DNA of 64,000 nt from positions 52,452,001 to 52,516,000 of the forward strand of contig OX597820.1 in NCBI GenBank assembly GCA_951406725.2, written 5' to 3'. Each line of letters begins with the position of its first letter. The first letter of the stretch is position 1. This document shows positions 56,860 through 64,000 of this stretch, piece after piece. Below the pieces are notes generated by a model. That model was not told the DNA's origin. It saw nothing but the letters and a program-made list of their open reading frames with translations, and made no database searches. The stretch is from Octopus vulgaris (taxonomy: Eukaryota). The translations under genes and the position numbers were made by a program.

Positions 56860-57231
56860 ATGCATGTGTGCGTGTATATGTGTGTATGTGCGCCTGATTG
56901 TGGTGAACGCGTATATTTAAAAATATGTGTATATATGTTTATATGTATCTTTCTGTGAAGGCGAGTATGTTGTGTTTATGGAAGTTTGTATATGTGTGGA
57001 GTACAATGCTTACGCTTGTATTTATACACGTGCTTGCATGTGTGTGTCATTTAGTGTTTATTAAAGTTTGCATATATAAAGGAAGAAACGTGACATGCTT
57101 GTGTATGTAAATGTGTTTGTGACAACTTCAGGAGTGTTTGGCTGTATGTGGAGAGGTGCGTTTGAGAATGTAAGCGCAAGTGTATGTATGGGTGTGAAGA
57201 CAGAGTGCGTGTGTGAGCGTATGTGCGTGCC

Positions 57232-57277
<46 letters not shown>

Positions 57278-58015
57278 CGTGCGTGTGTGTACAGATCTCT
57301 GTCTTGTAAAAGTTGAAGAAGTGCAGAGGTGCACATCTCTGTAGATATGTCAGCAGGAGGTCTTTACGTGCGGTACTATACATTTATGTGTATATGTGTG
57401 TGGATACGTGAGAGTGTGTGTGCGTGCTTGCGCGCGTGTGTCTGCGTGTGTTTGCATGGTTGTGCGTGCTTATGCATACGTATGCTCTGTATGCGTGTAA
57501 AAACACGAATTTCTGTATGTGGGGGGTTTATACGTATGCAGAAGTGTACGCATACGACCAAATAGTTAGGGTGCAGATGTAAGAATAATTGTTGTACGTT
57601 TATAATTCATGCGTATATGTGCCGTGCCGTTAATGTAGATATGCGTAGTGGTTTAATCGTGAGTGTTTGTGTATGCTTGTGTACGTGTGTGTGTGTAGAA
57701 GTCTATTTCTCATGTGTATGTGTTCAGAATATTTCTTACGTGTAAGCATCGAATTACTCGAGTGTGAGTGTTTGTATGCAATGTGTACATGTTATGAAGA
57801 GCCGCACTTATGATTGGATATCTGTTTCGATATGCATGCAAGTGCCCGTGTACAATCATAAATGAGTATGCATGCATGTTCATACACACACACACACGTA
57901 TGTATGTATATATATATGCATGTATGTATGTATGTATTTATGTGTGTATGTGTGTATGTATTTACATATATATTTGTATGGGTGTATGCTTCTAACGATA
58001 TACATATATATGAAT

Positions 58016-58082
<67 letters not shown>

Positions 58083-58183
58083 CATGTATTTACATATATA
58101 TTTGCATGTGTGTATGTTTCTAAAGATATACATATATATATATATATATATATACATAAACAAACACAAATATATATATATGA

Positions 58184-58220
<37 letters not shown>

Positions 58221-58251
58221 CGTATATGTGTGTGTGTATGTATGTATGCAA

Positions 58252-58332
<81 letters not shown>

Positions 58333-58848
58333 TGTGTGTGTGATTGAGTGCGTGTACTTGTGCAATTGTAAGAAACAGTGATTGCTCGCTTTTGAGCTAT
58401 TGTAAGAATAATCGATGCAACGCTGTATTGAAGCGTTGGTGGCGGCGGTTTGGCTGGTTTCAGTTTCGATTTCAAAGTTTGTTTCGCACGGGTCCTAGGG
58501 GCGGGTGAGACAGACGTTGAAGTGAGATAGTTGTTTTCAAGTTGTAATATAGAAATTAATCTAAATAAAGAAAGAAATCAGTGTGAGGTGAAAGGAAAAT
58601 GGTGGGAGGATATGTAAGGGGTTATATTTCGGTGTGGTGGGGTGGGGTGGCTTAGTTCTCGCTACGCTTCGTGATTTTAATTGTTCGCAGTGTTGTTGTT
58701 GTTGGTGTTGTTGTCGTCGTCGTCGTGTTTTGCTTTCTATTTTTGGCGATGCTTTTAATTGTTTTTGCTTAGTGAAAATATTTTTGAAAAAAAACAACAA
58801 AAACCACAGTAGCATTAAGAGTAATAAAGGATAATTTTGTAAAATAAT

Positions 58849-60617
<1,769 letters not shown>

Positions 60618-61196
60618 ACAGAGGAGAAAACCCGAACCCTACCCAACAAGACCCTGATTATCAACCACAAGAACAACAGAAGCGACAAAAACGAATTCAA
60701 GAATAAAACAACAATACCAACAATAACAACAATATATGAACCAATGTGTTATATATAATTTAGGGATGAATAAATGGAAGATGCATTCTGAGTATTTGAT
60801 AACCGGGTGGTTAACTTTCAGGAATAGAGTGAGAATTGACGAAAAGGCGGAGCATGTTCATTGCTTAAGTTATCAGTATATTTGATGAGAAAGATTAGGG
60901 TATAATCTAGAGTTTGTGTAGAGGTGGCTGTGGTGGTGATAATGATGATGATGATGATGATGATGGTAAGGGGAGGTGACGATGGCGGCGGTGGTGGGTT
61001 TTTTTTTTTATTTCCATTCCCAAGACAATATTGAATTGGAATAATTATTTGAAGATTCACATTCCTTGTTTCTCATTTAATACTTATGAATTAAGGAAAA
61101 GAAATAAAAGTTAAATTCCTTTTGTACGCTTACACACTAATGTATTTACATACAAACGCACTTAAATATATACTATATACATACATATTCAAACAC

Positions 61197-61238
<42 letters not shown>

Positions 61239-61920
61239 CAATGTATATATATTTATAGACAGATGCGTGCACACACATTTCCACACATGTATATCCTCAT
61301 CCATATGCATGCCTAAAATCTTAGATTTTTTTTCTTTTTATGACTTCTTGTATATATTTTTCAATTTGATTCTAATAAAGAGAATTTGTTATTACTTTGA
61401 GATTTTACGTCGAATCTCAAATTTACAACATAAATAATTTGTTTACATGCACCACTGAATACAGATGAAGACTCGGTTATACTTTCTGCTTCAACTGCTC
61501 ATAAATATTCTTTTAAATGAAATTTAGGCAATATTCAAATTAACTGGGTAACTGAATTTCATAAGTGCACACGTTTTTCATTTTACATTTTTATTTTCTT
61601 CACTGACCCAGAGAACAGTATCTATGCCAGCAAATAATGGAAAATTTAACAGCAAAGTTCTGCTAGCTCCTTGAATTCTTAAAAAAAGATATATAATCTT
61701 TTTTCTTAAGATGTACCTTCAGCTTCATTTGAATTTTTAATATGTCTATTGGGTGAATGGTTCCATCAAATGATGATATTGTGTTCTTCTTGGTATGTTG
61801 CAATCCCTGAGGTGGGCAATATAACTATACGGCAACTTTCGGGTTTACTAATTTGTGACGTTGTGAGCTATATATATATATATATATGTAAGTATATCGT
61901 ATGTTGTATACATGTATATA

Positions 61921-61973
<53 letters not shown>

Positions 61974-62037
61974 GTACGTATGTATGTATATACATATATA
62001 TATATGTATGTGTATATATATATGCATATATATGTGT

Positions 62038-62123
<86 letters not shown>

Positions 62124-62599
62124 CTATTTGCATGAATACAAGGGACATATATTTATATATTTAAGAGCAGTTAATATGAGTGTCTATGTATTATTATATT
62201 TGTAAATGAGATTCATATAAATAAATGTGTGTCTATTTATATGTGTGTGTGTGTGTGTGTGTGATTTTGTCTGTGTGTGCATGTATACACACACACAATC
62301 ACTCACATGTATGTACATACACAGAATATTGTATGCGTTCTTGATAAAAGGTTTTAAGCAAGAATTTCACTGTGGCTGATAAGTATCTGTACGTATTGCC
62401 ACGTACACATAATCTTTACGAATTTTAAAAATTCACCAGCATCAACATTGGCGTTTGTCTTAGTGGAAAATTTCATTTCAAGTTAGTCATGTGTTCCTAG
62501 TTTGTTATATAACCACGTTCACTTTTTAAAATCTTAGAGCGAAGTCAATGAGCATTTACGATTTGAAGCATAACTAGGTTTAGTAATTGTTTCTAACAT

Positions 62600-62960
62600 A
62601 AGCAGAGTCCTAGAAGTTTTGTGAAAAGTGCGTTACTTGATTAAATGAATGATGGCTGCAGCGTCCATTTTACTGATAACGCAGCATTGAGGCCGAAAAT
62701 AGGCAAGACATTTTTCCGGCACTTTAACGGATTTGGTAGCTGAGACAATGCAGCATTCTAGCTGGATGCAATAAATTTTTAAAACATAGTCACAGGGCCA
62801 AAACTTTTGTGAAAAGAGAATTTGCTTGATCAATAGGATGATGGCTACAGTGTCAATTTTACTGATAACGCAACATTCGGAGTGAAAGTCCGTAAGTAAT
62901 TTTTCCGACACTCTAACGAGTCTGGTAACAATGGCAATACGACGTGCTAGCTAGGTACTA
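62600..62960. repeat. Diverged ~188-bp tandem duplication
   Basis: ttttgtgaaaag...cttgat...atgatggct...attttactgataacgca...tttttccg-cact-taacg...ctagct occurs twice. Confidence 0.75.
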
Positions 62961-63037
62961 CGATGTTCGGTCATTTTACATCAAACTCCGCACAGCAAAT
63001 TCCAACGTATGGGCTTCTGGGTAACAAAACCCCTGCT

Positions 63038-63074
<37 letters not shown>

Positions 63075-63089
63075 ACGTGTTTGTATGTA

Positions 63090-63310
63090 TGTATATGTTT
63101 GTATGTCTATGTTTGTTCTCCCCCATCGTCACTTAACAACCGATGTTGGTGTGTTTACGTCCCCGTAACCAAGCGGTTCGGCAAAAGAGACCGATAGAAT
63201 AAGTACTAGGCTTACGAAGAATAAGTCCTGGGGTCGATTCGTCCGACTAAAGGTAGTACTCCAGCATGGCAGTAGTCAAATGACTGAAACAAGTAAAAGA
63301 GTAAAAGAAT
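63090..63310 (+). mobile_element. SINE family A 3' half
   Basis: Tail matches 630-829. Confidence 0.9.
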
Positions 63311-64000
63311 ATGTACGAGATTATAAGATATCGCTTGGCTGGCCTAATATATTTAAAAACCTAAATAGTTTGTACTCTGTAAAGAATATGTTATTAATAA
63401 GTGGCGATGTAGTAACAATAAAAAGATATCGGTGTGTGACGGGCATTGACTCCGCAAGCCCAACAATATTTTCCACCAATTCCATAATTTCTTCAGTTCA
63501 TTTAAATGAATTGTTAGCTCTGCTTCAATACTTAATATATGATTTAACGAAATACATAAAAAAGAAACATTCTATATGAAAGTGAAAAACAAAAGCAAAA
63601 AAGAAAAAATTATACATACAGGAAACCAGAATTATTGAAAAAGCGTTTTCAGAGGAAACCTGCACGTTCGATACTATCAAGTTTGGTCTGCTAAACTTTA
63701 TGAATATATTTAAGTTTTCATTGATTATAATATGACAGCACAAAATATCAACGTATATATTTGAAGAATTCGTCTAAAATATAACAAGAAATTTCGTGAA
63801 ATATACCAAATTTGTGGGCCTAGGCAATATAAACTACCAGAATCAAGAATACCATTATTGTTAAAATGTTCCAGAATTACGTATGTATATCTTGTAAAAT
63901 AAGAATGAATCTTCCAATATACTTATATATTGCAAATGTATACCTAATTTGTATACATAATTATTTTTTATGACTTGATGGTAAATTGCTTGCCAAAACC

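Overview
AT-rich eukaryotic DNA, mostly intronic or intergenic, saturated with microsatellites and interspersed repeats. The SINE families and repeat landscape suggest a cephalopod (Octopus-like) genome; this is an inference. I recognise no intact host protein-coding gene, and nearly all listed ORFs are microsatellite artefacts. Recognisable content: at least three tRNA-headed SINE families, decayed RTE and CR1-like LINE fragments, mariner/Tc1 remnants and MITEs, a complete non-autonomous Helitron, and several Penelope-like element (PLE) derivatives, one with a GIY-YIG endonuclease remnant. The most notable signal is about eight type-I hammerhead ribozyme motifs in mutually dissimilar sequence contexts, several inside (TA)n tracts. 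One pair lies in an apparently perfect 282-bp inverted repeat (18733-19014 / 19898-20179) nested in a split SINE, and some have unusually long stem II domains. Weaker signals: a possible microexon or signal-peptide exon, a CTCF-like site and several long hairpins. All alignments and folds were done by eye.
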